Origin: a bacterium
GTDB taxonomy: Bacteria > SZUA-182 > DTGQ01
Assembly: GCA_040752695.1 (NCBI GenBank)
Contig: JBFMGO010000108.1
Coordinates: 1 to 20,409, forward strand
Length of the DNA: 20,409 nt
Direction of reading: 5' to 3'
The notes under the pieces were generated by a model. The model made no database searches, had not been told where the DNA came from, and saw only the letters and a list, made by a program, of their open reading frames with translations. Each line of letters opens with the position of its first letter. Within the stretch, counting starts at the first letter, position 1. Made by a program: the position numbers and the translations under genes. This document shows positions 1 through 8,402 of this stretch, piece after piece.

Positions 1-38
1 TGATCTTTGCTTGCCTTGTGATCCTGCTTACCCTATAA
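1..38 (+). CDS. Possible 3' end of an upstream membrane protein gene (partial)
   Basis: Frame from position 3 reads IFACLVILLTL then TAA (36-38), a hydrophobic C-terminus-like stretch. Too short to be sure. Confidence 0.25.
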   Translation, partial: IFACLVILLTL

Positions 39-273
39 TCCTGCTGCTTCCCCTTAATCCTTTTTTTATTCTTTTATCATGTCTTCCTCATCTAACCTGA
101 GGGACTTTCACTTCGGTTTGATCCTGAAAAGCCAGGAGCCTGTCTCGGAGTGATGGAATAAGAAATACCAATTCTTTCTCCGATGACCTGCCAGTTAAAT
201 TTTATCTAATATTATATTTCTATAATTTTTAATAATTTTATATTTAATATTAAAATCAAATACTTGTAGTGCA

Positions 274-1575
274 ATGGATGCAAGGACGATAAACGTAGCG
301 ATTTTGCTATGCAGTTCGACAAATTATGAAAATCCCGATCCTATGCTCTTTTATCTTTTGGATACCAATCCCTTGAAACCGGAAGGGTGGGATCTTGTGA
401 ACCCGAATCATGGAGATGTTCCGAAAGACGATCCCTTATACTGGACCGAAAACCTTGATGAAATCTGTTTGGAAGATCTCCTCAAATATGATTTCGTCTT
501 CATTTCAAGCCATACGGTAACGGATTTTACAGAAGACGATAATGCAAAACTTCAAGAGTTTGTTGCAAAAGGAGGATGTCTTTGGATTGACGATTGTGGA
601 GGCATGGTTGTTTCGAATTTTTTCATAAATTTTGAATTTGTCGGCTATGTTGAGGAGAGTGCAAAGAGTGCCGCCGACCTTTCTCATCCGGTGTTTAATA
701 GTGTATATCCCCTATCGAATGAAGAAATCTCCGTTTTAGGACAGCCAGGTTATGGAGGTCATATACAAAACTACGATCCTTCGTTTCAAGTATTATTAAA
801 AAATGGAATCGATGATACACCGGATATGCTTATGAAAGAACATGGATCAGGTTTGGTGTTCATTTCTGCAGATGATTATGGATGTGCAATAAATGATTTC
901 AGTGAGTATGATAATCCAGAAGATTATAAATTTATTTATAATATTATGAGTATTACCGGTCAGGTATTTCCTCCTTCGGAATGTTCAGAAGATGACTCAG
1001 GAGAGATGGATATTGAGGGGGCCGTGACAATGATAGGAAGAGAGGTTCGAATTCCGGTAAGGATTCAAAACGCGCCCAGTGACGCCTATTCCTTTGGCTT
1101 TGAATTTACTTATGATGCAGGTGTCCTGCAACCTGTCGGATTTGAGCCCGGAGAGTTGGTAGGATCTTTTGAAGCGGTCGAAATCGGCATGATCGAGCCG
1201 GGCAGGCTCATTGTAGGGGGATATTGTGATGAAGCCGCTATTGCGCAGGATTCGAGCGGCTACCTGGCCTGGATATCTTTCATCGTAATCGGCGGGCAGG
1301 AAAATAGCTGTTATCCATTCCAATTAGAGAATTTGAAAGATGATATCGTTCACTTTTCCACAACAGGCGGATGTTTGTGCATCCATGAATGCAATGGAGA
1401 CCTGAACGACGATGGTCAGGTTACTCCTGCCGATGCTCTGCTCGCTTTCAGATGCTATCTCAGGACCGATTATTGCATCGGTTGTTCTGATGCAGACCGG
1501 AATGGCGAGGTAACTCCTGCGGATGCCCGCTGCATTTTCCTGAAATACATGGGAAAGCCTTCCTGTCTGGATTGA
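274..1575 (+). CDS. DUF4159-like N-terminal domain + cohesin domain + C-terminal dockerin domain protein
   Basis: N-terminal YDFVFISSH...LQEFVAKGGCLWIDDC...HPVF is typical of DUF4159. Residues ~250-365 (VRIPVRIQNA...SFGFEFTYDAGVL...G.LAWISF) have a cohesin beta-sandwich pattern. The C-terminus has two Ca-binding dockerin repeats, GDLNDDGQVTPADAL and DADRNGEVTPADAR. The start is uncertain because there is no RBS before ATG 274. Confidence 0.75.
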   Translation: MDARTINVAILLCSSTNYENPDPMLFYLLDTNPLKPEGWDLVNPNHGDVPKDDPLYWTENLDEICLEDLLKYDFVFISSHTVTDFTEDDNAKLQEFVAKGGCLWIDDCGGMVVSNFFINFEFVGYVEESAKSAADLSHPVFNSVYPLSNEEISVLGQPGYGGHIQNYDPSFQVLLKNGIDDTPDMLMKEHGSGLVFISADDYGCAINDFSEYDNPEDYKFIYNIMSITGQVFPPSECSEDDSGEMDIEGAVTMIGREVRIPVRIQNAPSDAYSFGFEFTYDAGVLQPVGFEPGELVGSFEAVEIGMIEPGRLIVGGYCDEAAIAQDSSGYLAWISFIVIGGQENSCYPFQLENLKDDIVHFSTTGGCLCIHECNGDLNDDGQVTPADALLAFRCYLRTDYCIGCSDADRNGEVTPADARCIFLKYMGKPSCLD

Positions 1576-1609
1576 TGCAGGAAAGAGAAATTGATTCACT
1601 GATGCACTG

Positions 1610-1672
1610 AAGATAAAAAGAGGGCAGGTTCCGATGAATATTCAGAGGATATGCCCTCTTCCTTTATCTTTT
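1610..1672 (+). terminator. Long imperfect hairpin after the cohesin/dockerin gene, probable intrinsic terminator
   Basis: AAGAGGGCA (1618-1626) pairs with TGCCCTCTT (1652-1660), flanked by AAGATAAA/TTTATCTT, with an inner palindrome TGAATATTCA and a T-rich tail. Confidence 0.55.
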
Positions 1673-1722
1673 ACCACCCAAAATATTCTGTGCAGTCTGC
1701 CTTTTGGAAAATGAATCACTCC

Positions 1723-1751
1723 TTGATTTTCTCATGATTCTTGATTATACT
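1723..1751 (+). promoter_or_regulatory. Sigma70-type promoter of the ole operon
   Basis: TTGATT (1723-1728) - 17 bp - TATACT (1746-1751), about 85 bp upstream of the oleA ATG. Confidence 0.6.
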
Positions 1752-1834
1752 TTCCGCACCTTGTACGATCTGTTCTATCTTTCTTTGTCCTCTCACAGTC
1801 AAGAGAAAATAAGAGAAAAGAGAAATTGACAAAA

Positions 1835-2899
1835 ATGCGCTTTCGAAATGTTTGTATTGAGGCATTTGGGATTGATTTGCCCGGAAATATCGTGACTTCA
1901 GCCGAGTTGGAAGAGCGGCTGTCGCCGCTCTACGACAGACTGAGACTGCCCTATGGCCGGTTGGAATTAATGACGGGAATCAAAGAACGCCGGTTCTGGA
2001 ACAAAGGCGCTTTGCCCAGTGAGGGCAGTATCAGGGCAGGAGAAAAGGCCATAGAAAGGGCAGAGAATGCAGGCCCGGTCAGAGAGAAGCTGCAATGCCT
2101 GATTCATGCCTCGGTCAGCCGCGATTTTTTAGAACCTGCCACAGCCACTGTCGTGCATCACGCTCTCGGGCTTTCTCCGGCAGCCTTTATCTTTGACCTG
2201 TCGAACGCCTGCCTGGGATTTGTCAATGGAATGATCGTTCTGGCCAGCATGATTGATTCAGGACAGGTGTCAGCCGGCATGGTGGTAGCCGGGGAACATG
2301 GCGGACCTCTGGTCGAGACAACCATAGCCCACCTTCTTTCCGATCCCGATCCATCGAGGGAAAAGCTAAAAAGTGCCTTTGCCTCTTTGACCATAGGCTC
2401 CGGTGCAGCGGCAGTCATATTGACTCACGCCGGCATCTCAAGGACCGGTCACAGGCTCCTTGGGGGTGCAACCCGAGCCGCTTCCCAGCACAACGGCTTG
2501 TGTCGGGGCGGGGTGGGGGGGAGTGACAGCGCACTGGACTCAGAGAGCCAGCCGACTATGAGGACCGATGCAGAGAAGCTCCTCATAGCAGGGTGCCAAC
2601 TGGCCGTAGAGACCTGGGCTGACACCAAAAGGTGCCTTGAGTGGAGCGATGGAGACGCAGACCGGTTTTTCTGTCATCAGGTAGGCACAGCTCACAGGAG
2701 GGCCCTGTTCAGCAGTCTTGAGCTTGACATGGAAAGGGATTTTCCTACCGTGGAATTTTTGGGGAATATGGGGTCGGTTTCCCTGCCGGTAACGATGGCT
2801 ATCGGAATTGAACAGGGGTTTTTGAAGGCCGGCCAGAAGGCCGGGCTTTTGGGTATTGGAAGCGGCATCAGCTGCTGCATGTTGGGAGTCGAGTGGTAG
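1835..2899 (+). CDS. oleA: OleA, thiolase/FabH-fold acyl-CoA condensing enzyme (olefin biosynthesis)
   Basis: MRF..V.IE start, LE.MTGI.ERR, FLEPATA (catalytic Glu), NACLGF (Cys), HQVG (His), GNMGSVS (Asn), LGIGSG..C. First gene of the oleABCD order. ATG 1835 is preferred over TTG 1826. Confidence 0.93.
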   Translation: MRFRNVCIEAFGIDLPGNIVTSAELEERLSPLYDRLRLPYGRLELMTGIKERRFWNKGALPSEGSIRAGEKAIERAENAGPVREKLQCLIHASVSRDFLEPATATVVHHALGLSPAAFIFDLSNACLGFVNGMIVLASMIDSGQVSAGMVVAGEHGGPLVETTIAHLLSDPDPSREKLKSAFASLTIGSGAAAVILTHAGISRTGHRLLGGATRAASQHNGLCRGGVGGSDSALDSESQPTMRTDAEKLLIAGCQLAVETWADTKRCLEWSDGDADRFFCHQVGTAHRRALFSSLELDMERDFPTVEFLGNMGSVSLPVTMAIGIEQGFLKAGQKAGLLGIGSGISCCMLGVEW

Positions 2900-2994
2900 A
2901 TGGAGCGGAGGGGGCAGGTGAAGCAGTGGCAGATGGAGCGAGAGAAGACCAGGCTGTGGCAGGTGGAGCAGGGGCAGGCGAAGCAGTGGAACCT
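2893..2994 (+). repeat. Degenerate ~15/30-bp tandem repeat at the oleA/oleB junction
   Basis: GTGGTAGATGGAGCG.., GTGGCAGATGGAGCG.., GTGGCAGGTGGAGCA GGGGCAGGCGAAGCA GTGG; encodes VxDGA/GAGEA repeats. Confidence 0.8.
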
Positions 2995-3963
2995 ATAAAC
3001 CCCGATGCGTGGAAAGAACTCTATCCCTTTCGTTCTCACTCTCTCCGTCTTGGTGATTACCAATATCATTACCTGGATGAGGGATCGGGTGAGCCTGTCG
3101 TTATGCTTCACGGTAATCCCACCTGGTCCTTCTATTATCGGCACCTGGTGACGGGACTTTCCGATGGCTACAGAATCATTGTGCCGGATCACATGGGCTG
3201 TGGCCTGTCTGATAAGCCTCAGAGCTATCCCTATACCTTGAAACAGCATATCGACAATCTGGAAGCCCTGATGGAAGTCTTGAACCTTAACAATATTACC
3301 CTGGCCCTGCATGACTGGGGAGGGGCTATCGGTATGGGGTATGCCGTCCGGCATCCTGAAAGGATCAGGCGGCTGATTATTTTCAACACCGCAGCCTTTC
3401 TGTCGTCCAGAATGCCCTGGCAGATCGGCCTTTGCCGTATACCTGTCTTCGGCCATGTGGGTATCCGCTGCTTCAACGCTTTTGCCGGTACGGCCATTTA
3501 CCTGGCCTGCCAGCATCATGAGCGAATGACTCCGAAGGTCAGGGCCGGTTATCTGGCTCCGTATCGAAGCTATAAGAACCGGATCGCTCATCTTCGGTTC
3601 GTTCAGGATATCCCCATGCGGCCAGGGGATCAAAGCTACCCTCTCGTAGAGGCAATTCAGCAGCGCCTCTGCGAATTTCGCGATCGCCCCATGCTGATCC
3701 TGTGGGGAGGACGGGACTTTTGCTTCAATCACTCGTTTCTGGAAACCTGGCAAAGGTTTTTCCCCAGGGCCTATGTCCATGTATTCGAGGACGCGGGGCA
3801 TTATGTCGTCGAAGACGCTCATGAGCGGATTCTTCCCCTGGTGAGAAAATTTTTAGGTGATAATCCCCTTCCCGGCCATCAGAACCATTCGCCCGAACAA
3901 CAGGGCATGAAACAAAGGGACATGAAACGACGGGAAATGAAACAACAGGACACGACGATATGA
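2893..3963 (+). CDS. oleB: OleB, alpha/beta-hydrolase (haloalkane dehalogenase-like) beta-lactone decarboxylase
   Basis: YPF.SH, YLDEG.G, HGNPTWSFYY, PDH.GCGLSDKP, LHDWGG (nucleophile Asp), FVQDIP, AGHYV.ED (His). Lies between oleA and oleC. The true start may be GTG 2986, after a repeat-derived N-terminus. Confidence 0.9.
   Translation: MVDGAEGAGEAVADGAREDQAVAGGAGAGEAVEPINPDAWKELYPFRSHSLRLGDYQYHYLDEGSGEPVVMLHGNPTWSFYYRHLVTGLSDGYRIIVPDHMGCGLSDKPQSYPYTLKQHIDNLEALMEVLNLNNITLALHDWGGAIGMGYAVRHPERIRRLIIFNTAAFLSSRMPWQIGLCRIPVFGHVGIRCFNAFAGTAIYLACQHHERMTPKVRAGYLAPYRSYKNRIAHLRFVQDIPMRPGDQSYPLVEAIQQRLCEFRDRPMLILWGGRDFCFNHSFLETWQRFFPRAYVHVFEDAGHYVVEDAHERILPLVRKFLGDNPLPGHQNHSPEQQGMKQRDMKRREMKQQDTTI
3903..3962 (+). 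repeat. Degenerate 15-bp tandem repeat at the oleB/oleC junction
   Basis: GGGCATGAAACAAAG GGACATGAAACGACG GGAAATGAAACAACA GGACACGACGATATG (MKQRD MKRRE MKQQD). Confidence 0.8.
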
Positions 3964-5627
3964 ATATCGCCTCTTACCTGCCGGAAAATGCCCGGAAGAT
4001 TCCTTTTCAGCGTGCAGTGGTTTTCCCCCACAGCCGGGACGCACAGGGAAGGGTCTCCTATACCCATCTCACATTCCGGCAATTGAATGAGGAAGCTGAC
4101 CGCTATGCTCATGGATTCAAAACCCTTGGCATCCAAAGAGGGATGAGGGTATTATTGATGGTCAGGCCCGGCCTGGAATTCATCGCCCTCACCTTTGCCC
4201 TGTTCAAGATGGGAGCTGTGCCGGTCCTGATCGATCCGGGCATGGGCAAATCGAATCTCTTGAACTGCATCGCGTCGGTGGAGCCTGAGGCTTTAATAGC
4301 CATCCCTCTGGTCCATGCGGCCAGGCTCCTCTTCGGGAAGTATTTCCAAAGCGTGCGCTATTCGGTAACGGTTGGATCGAGGCGCTTTCCGGGCGGCGGT
4401 CCCACAATCCATGATGTCCGCAAGCTGGATTCGAAACCCTTCGAGGTTGTGGAAACAAAGGATACGGACACAGCGGCCATTCTTTTTACCACCGGCAGCA
4501 CCGGAAGCCCCAAGGGAGTGGTGTATCTTCACGGCATGTTCGATGCCCAGGTGAGGTTGATTCAGCAAGCTTACGCTATCGGGGAGGGAGAGGTGGACCT
4601 GCCCGGATTCCCTCTGTTTGCCCTGTTCAGCGCAGCAATGGGCATGACCAGTGTCATTCCCGATATGGATCCGACCAAACCCGCTCGGGTTAATCCTGCC
4701 AGGATCGTCGAGGCAATCCAGAATCACGGGGTTACCAACAGCTTCGGTTCTCCGGCCATCTGGAGGCGGGTAACCGAATACTGCCTCGATCAGGGGTTAC
4801 AGCTTCCTTCCCTAAAGCGCGTTCTCATGGCAGGGGCTCCCGTGCCTCTGGCCATCCTTGACCGCTTTACGAAGATCCTCTCGAAAGAGGCCGATACCTA
4901 CACCCCCTATGGGGCGACGGAATCTTTACCGGTCAGTTCGATCAGCGGCAGGCAGATCCTGCACGAGGCACAGGAAAAAATGCTGGATGGTGCCGGAACC
5001 TGCGTCGGATTACCTCTTCCCTCCATCAGGATCAAGATTATCGAGATCAAAGATGCGGTCATTCCCGCCTGGGATGAAGTTCGGGAGCTTCCCTGTGGTC
5101 ACATCGGAGAGATTGTGGTCTTTGGCCCTGTAGTAACCCATGAATATTATAACCGCCAGGAGGCCACAAATCTTGCCAAGATCCGTGACGGCACGAATAT
5201 CTGGCACCGCATGGGGGATGTCGGATATCTGGATGAGAAGGGCCTGCTCTGGTTTTGCGGACGGATGGCACATCGGGTAATCACGCTTAAAAGGACTTTG
5301 TTTACCGTCCCTTGCGAGGCCATTTTCAACCAGCACCCTCAGGTATTTCGCACCGCTCTTGTTGGAATCGGAAAAAAGCCCGATCAGCAGCCGGCGATCA
5401 TTGTAGAACCCAAAGAGGGAAAAATGCCAAAGGGGCAGGCTGACAAAAGGCGGCTCATCGAAGAGCTGAAAGAGCTCGGCCAAAGAAGCCCCCTGACCCG
5501 TGATATAGAGATTTTCCTGTTTCATCCCTCCTTCCCGGTCGATATCCGGCATAATGCCAAGATCTTCCGGGAAAAGCTGGCTGTTTGGGCTGAAGAACAG
5601 GTGAAAAAAGGTGAAAAAAAGAGGTAA
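3960..5627 (+). CDS. oleC: OleC, AMP-dependent ligase-family olefin beta-lactone synthetase
   Basis: MNIA start, LIDPGMG, FTTGSTGSPKG P-loop, FPLFALF, TPYGATE, WHRMGD, LWFCGR, FPVDIRHNAKIFRE (OleC-typical C-terminus). ATGA overlap with oleB. Confidence 0.93.
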   Translation: MNIASYLPENARKIPFQRAVVFPHSRDAQGRVSYTHLTFRQLNEEADRYAHGFKTLGIQRGMRVLLMVRPGLEFIALTFALFKMGAVPVLIDPGMGKSNLLNCIASVEPEALIAIPLVHAARLLFGKYFQSVRYSVTVGSRRFPGGGPTIHDVRKLDSKPFEVVETKDTDTAAILFTTGSTGSPKGVVYLHGMFDAQVRLIQQAYAIGEGEVDLPGFPLFALFSAAMGMTSVIPDMDPTKPARVNPARIVEAIQNHGVTNSFGSPAIWRRVTEYCLDQGLQLPSLKRVLMAGAPVPLAILDRFTKILSKEADTYTPYGATESLPVSSISGRQILHEAQEKMLDGAGTCVGLPLPSIRIKIIEIKDAVIPAWDEVRELPCGHIGEIVVFGPVVTHEYYNRQEATNLAKIRDGTNIWHRMGDVGYLDEKGLLWFCGRMAHRVITLKRTLFTVPCEAIFNQHPQVFRTALVGIGKKPDQQPAIIVEPKEGKMPKGQADKRRLIEELKELGQRSPLTRDIEIFLFHPSFPVDIRHNAKIFREKLAVWAEEQVKKGEKKR

Positions 5628-5684
5628 GATACATAAATTGAGATACGTAAATATGGAAATAATTAAACAGGAGATTGGCTTATT

Positions 5685-6698
5685 ATGAAAGCCCTGGTGA
5701 CTGGTGGAGGAGGATTTATCGGAGGGGCTATTGTAGCCAGGCTGCTTGAGCGTAATGATCGGGTCCGCGTGCTGGGCAGGCGAAAATACCCTGAACTCGC
5801 CAAATCCGGTGTAGAAATCGTTCAGGGGGATATCCGCAACAGGCAGAACGTAGAGGATGCCTGTCGAGGTATGGATTGCGTTTTTCATGTCGCTGCCCTG
5901 ACCGGGATCTGGGGGCCGCGGGATGATTTTTATCAGACAAATGTCGTGGGTACGCAAAACGTTATCTCGGGCTGTCATACGCATGGGGTGAGGATACTGG
6001 TTTATACCAGTTCTCCCAGCGTAGTTCATGATCAGCGTGATCAGATCAATATTGACGAAACCACTCCTTACCCCAAAGAGTATCTATGCCCTTACCCTGA
6101 GACAAAAGCCATGGCCGAGCGGATGGTCCTTCAGGCGAACGGCAGCGGCAATGGGCAGGGGCACCTTTTGACCACATCGCTCCGCCCTCATCTGGTCTGG
6201 GGGCCGGGGGACACCAATCTCATCCCGAGGCTTCTTGACCGTGCCAGGAAGGGAAAATTGATGATAGTGGGAAATGGGACTAACAAGGTTGATCTCACCT
6301 ATGTTGAAAACGTGGCCGAGGCGCATCTATTGGCTGCTGACAGGCTTCAATCCGCATCCGCGTCATCGTCATCCGTAGCTGGAGAGGCTTTCTTTATCAG
6401 TCAGGGTGAGCCGGTGCTCCTGTGGCAATGGATCGATCAGTTTTTGAAGAGAATGGGTATTCCGGGCGTTAAAAAGTCCATATCTCTGGCAACGGCTTAT
6501 AAGGTCGGCCAGGCCATGGAGACCTTCTACCGGATCTTCCGCCTGAAAAGAGAGCCCCTTATGACCAGGTTTTTAGCCTCACAGCTTGGGACGTCTCACT
6601 ATTTTGACATTTCGAAGGCGAAAGAGCGGTTGAACTACACGCCTTCCGTCAGTATGAAAGAGGGAATGGACAGGCTGGTGGCCTATTATTCCCGATGA
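5685..6698 (+). CDS. oleD: OleD, 3-beta-HSD-like extended SDR, 2-alkyl-3-oxoalkanoate reductase
   Basis: TGGGGFIG Rossmann motif, FHVAA..G.WG, YTSSPSV, YPETK (YxxxK), LRPHLVWGPGD. RBS GGAG upstream; follows oleC. Confidence 0.9.
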   Translation: MKALVTGGGGFIGGAIVARLLERNDRVRVLGRRKYPELAKSGVEIVQGDIRNRQNVEDACRGMDCVFHVAALTGIWGPRDDFYQTNVVGTQNVISGCHTHGVRILVYTSSPSVVHDQRDQINIDETTPYPKEYLCPYPETKAMAERMVLQANGSGNGQGHLLTTSLRPHLVWGPGDTNLIPRLLDRARKGKLMIVGNGTNKVDLTYVENVAEAHLLAADRLQSASASSSSVAGEAFFISQGEPVLLWQWIDQFLKRMGIPGVKKSISLATAYKVGQAMETFYRIFRLKREPLMTRFLASQLGTSHYFDISKAKERLNYTPSVSMKEGMDRLVAYYSR

Positions 6699-6742
6699 GA
6701 GGAAAAAAACCGGCAGAAATAAGGGGAAAACGGGATTTTCTC

Positions 6743-6772
6743 TTGCAAGAGAAGGCTTTCTAATGTTATATT
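6743..6772 (+). promoter_or_regulatory. Sigma70-type promoter upstream of the FabF-like gene
   Basis: TTGCAA (6743-6748) - 18 bp - TATATT (6767-6772), with an extended -10 TG at 6764-6765. Confidence 0.55.
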
Positions 6773-6830
6773 GTCTACTCTGGTAAATTTCCCGCCATTA
6801 TGAGTAACTCCTTGGTAGAGTAAAGAAAAA

Positions 6831-8069
6831 ATGTCTTATAATCAAGAAAGAGTCGTTATTACCGGGATCGGCTTAACCGCTCCTAACGGGAATTCTCTTC
6901 AGGAATTCCGGACGAATCTCCTGGAGGGGAAATCCGGGATTCAAAAATTTGAAACACGCTACATGGGCGAAGTCCTGGCCGGAGTCTGTCATTTCGATAC
7001 GCTTAAATATCAAAAAAGAAAAGAGGCCCGGCGAGGGACGAGAGCGGGGTCCATAGCCATTTACTGTGCTCAGGAGGCGGTCAGGAATTCCGGCATCGAT
7101 TGGGCGCATTTTGATAAATCCAGAGTCGGTATTTATCTGGGAATCACCGAACACGGGAATGTAGAAACAGAAAACGAGATTTATAACATTCAACAGTTTA
7201 ACTATGATATACGATACTGGACCCACCATCATAATCCCAGAACCGTGGCCAATAATCCGGCTGGTGAATTATCGCTCAACATGGGCATCACCGGGCCGCA
7301 CTACACCCTGGGCGCTGCTTGCGCAGCCGGAAACTGCGGCTTGATTCAGGGGGTACAGATGCTGCGGCTGCATGAGGTGGATTTAGCTCTGGCTGGCGGA
7401 GTATCCGAAAGTATTCACACCTTCGGCATTTTTGCCAGCTTCAAGAGCCAGGGGGCTTTGGCCAGTCATGAGGACCCGGCCAGGGCTTGCCGGCCTTTCG
7501 ATCTTGACCGCAATGGTATCGTGGTTTCCGAAGGCGGATGCATCTATACCCTTGAGCGCCTGGAAGATGCCCAAAGAAGGGGCGCTTTTATTTATGGAGA
7601 GATCGTGGGTTATGCCATCAATTCCGACGCGCTGGACTTTGTGATTCCCAGCGGCGAGCGGCAGGCCGAGTGCATGGAATTGGCCCTTAAAAGGGCACAT
7701 ATCCTCCCTCACGAGATTGACCTGATCAGCAGCCATGCCACGGCAACGCCGGTTGGGGATATCGAGGAAGCAAAAGCCATGCGGAAAGTTTTTGGCTCCA
7801 GTGTATATATCAATAACACCAAAAGCTATATCGGACACACGATGGGTGCTGCCGGCGCTCTGGAGTTGGCCGGTAATATTCCTTCGTTTCAGGATTCGAT
7901 TATCCATCCAACCATTAATCTGGAAAACCCAGACCCTGAATGCAATCTGAATAACCTGATCAAAATGAAACCACAACACGTTGATCGTGTGGATTATATC
8001 CTCAATAATTCTTTCGGCATGCTCGGAATCAATTCCGTAGTGATTGTCAAACGGTTCGAAAAATGGTAA
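6831..8069 (+). CDS. Beta-ketoacyl-ACP synthase II-like (FabF family, divergent subfamily)
   Basis: RVVITGIG, AACAAG (catalytic Cys), RPFD..R.G, SHATAT (His), KSYIGHTMGAAG (His), NNSFG. The unusual HHHNPRTVANNPAGE segment differs from housekeeping FabF. Confidence 0.9.
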   Translation: MSYNQERVVITGIGLTAPNGNSLQEFRTNLLEGKSGIQKFETRYMGEVLAGVCHFDTLKYQKRKEARRGTRAGSIAIYCAQEAVRNSGIDWAHFDKSRVGIYLGITEHGNVETENEIYNIQQFNYDIRYWTHHHNPRTVANNPAGELSLNMGITGPHYTLGAACAAGNCGLIQGVQMLRLHEVDLALAGGVSESIHTFGIFASFKSQGALASHEDPARACRPFDLDRNGIVVSEGGCIYTLERLEDAQRRGAFIYGEIVGYAINSDALDFVIPSGERQAECMELALKRAHILPHEIDLISSHATATPVGDIEEAKAMRKVFGSSVYINNTKSYIGHTMGAAGALELAGNIPSFQDSIIHPTINLENPDPECNLNNLIKMKPQHVDRVDYILNNSFGMLGINSVVIVKRFEKW

Positions 8070-8081
8070 AACAATGGGGTA

Positions 8082-8107
8082 TATAGGTCAATGAGGAAGA
8101 ACCTATA
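8082..8107 (+). other. Small intergenic hairpin between the ketosynthase and ACP genes
   Basis: TATAGGT-12 nt-ACCTATA inverted repeat. Confidence 0.35.
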
Positions 8108-8142
8108 GCCAATCCAGAAAAGAATAAGGATACGGAGATACT

Positions 8143-8394
8143 ATGACCCAAGAAGAGATCAAGGCCTCAGTCTTAGACATCATTTCCGAAATTGTTCCGG
8201 ATGAGGATACGAGTCATCTTGATCCAGAGGTACGCATCAGAGATCAAATCAATCTGGACTCCATGGATTTTTTGGACATTATCATGGAGCTTCGGAAGAG
8301 GTATCAGGTGGATGTCCCGGAAGAAGATTATCCAAAGCTGGCCTCTCTGAATAGCTGTGCGGCCTATCTGGATCCCTGGCTTAAGGATAAATAA
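8143..8394 (+). CDS. Acyl carrier protein
   Basis: Acidic 83-aa protein with the LDSMD phosphopantetheinylation motif and ELRKRY.V.VPEEDY. RBS GGAG upstream. Confidence 0.93.
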   Translation: MTQEEIKASVLDIISEIVPDEDTSHLDPEVRIRDQINLDSMDFLDIIMELRKRYQVDVPEEDYPKLASLNSCAAYLDPWLKDK

Positions 8395-8402
8395 CAAATA
8401 TA

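Noticed and set aside
95..195. Possible cobalamin riboswitch (AAGCCAGGAGCCTGTC resembles a B12 box; hairpin CACTTCGG/TCGGAGTG)
   Set aside because: The upstream AAGGGAA-CCGGTG-AA-TCCGG core and GCCACTG are missing; only a local hairpin is supported.
2692..3822. 376-aa antisense ORF over oleA/oleB
   Set aside because: Shadow frame of well-supported genes with no recognisable motifs.
5010..6029. 339-aa antisense ORF over oleC/oleD, and the other short overlapping ORFs in the track
   Set aside because: Antisense or out-of-frame shadows of conserved genes.
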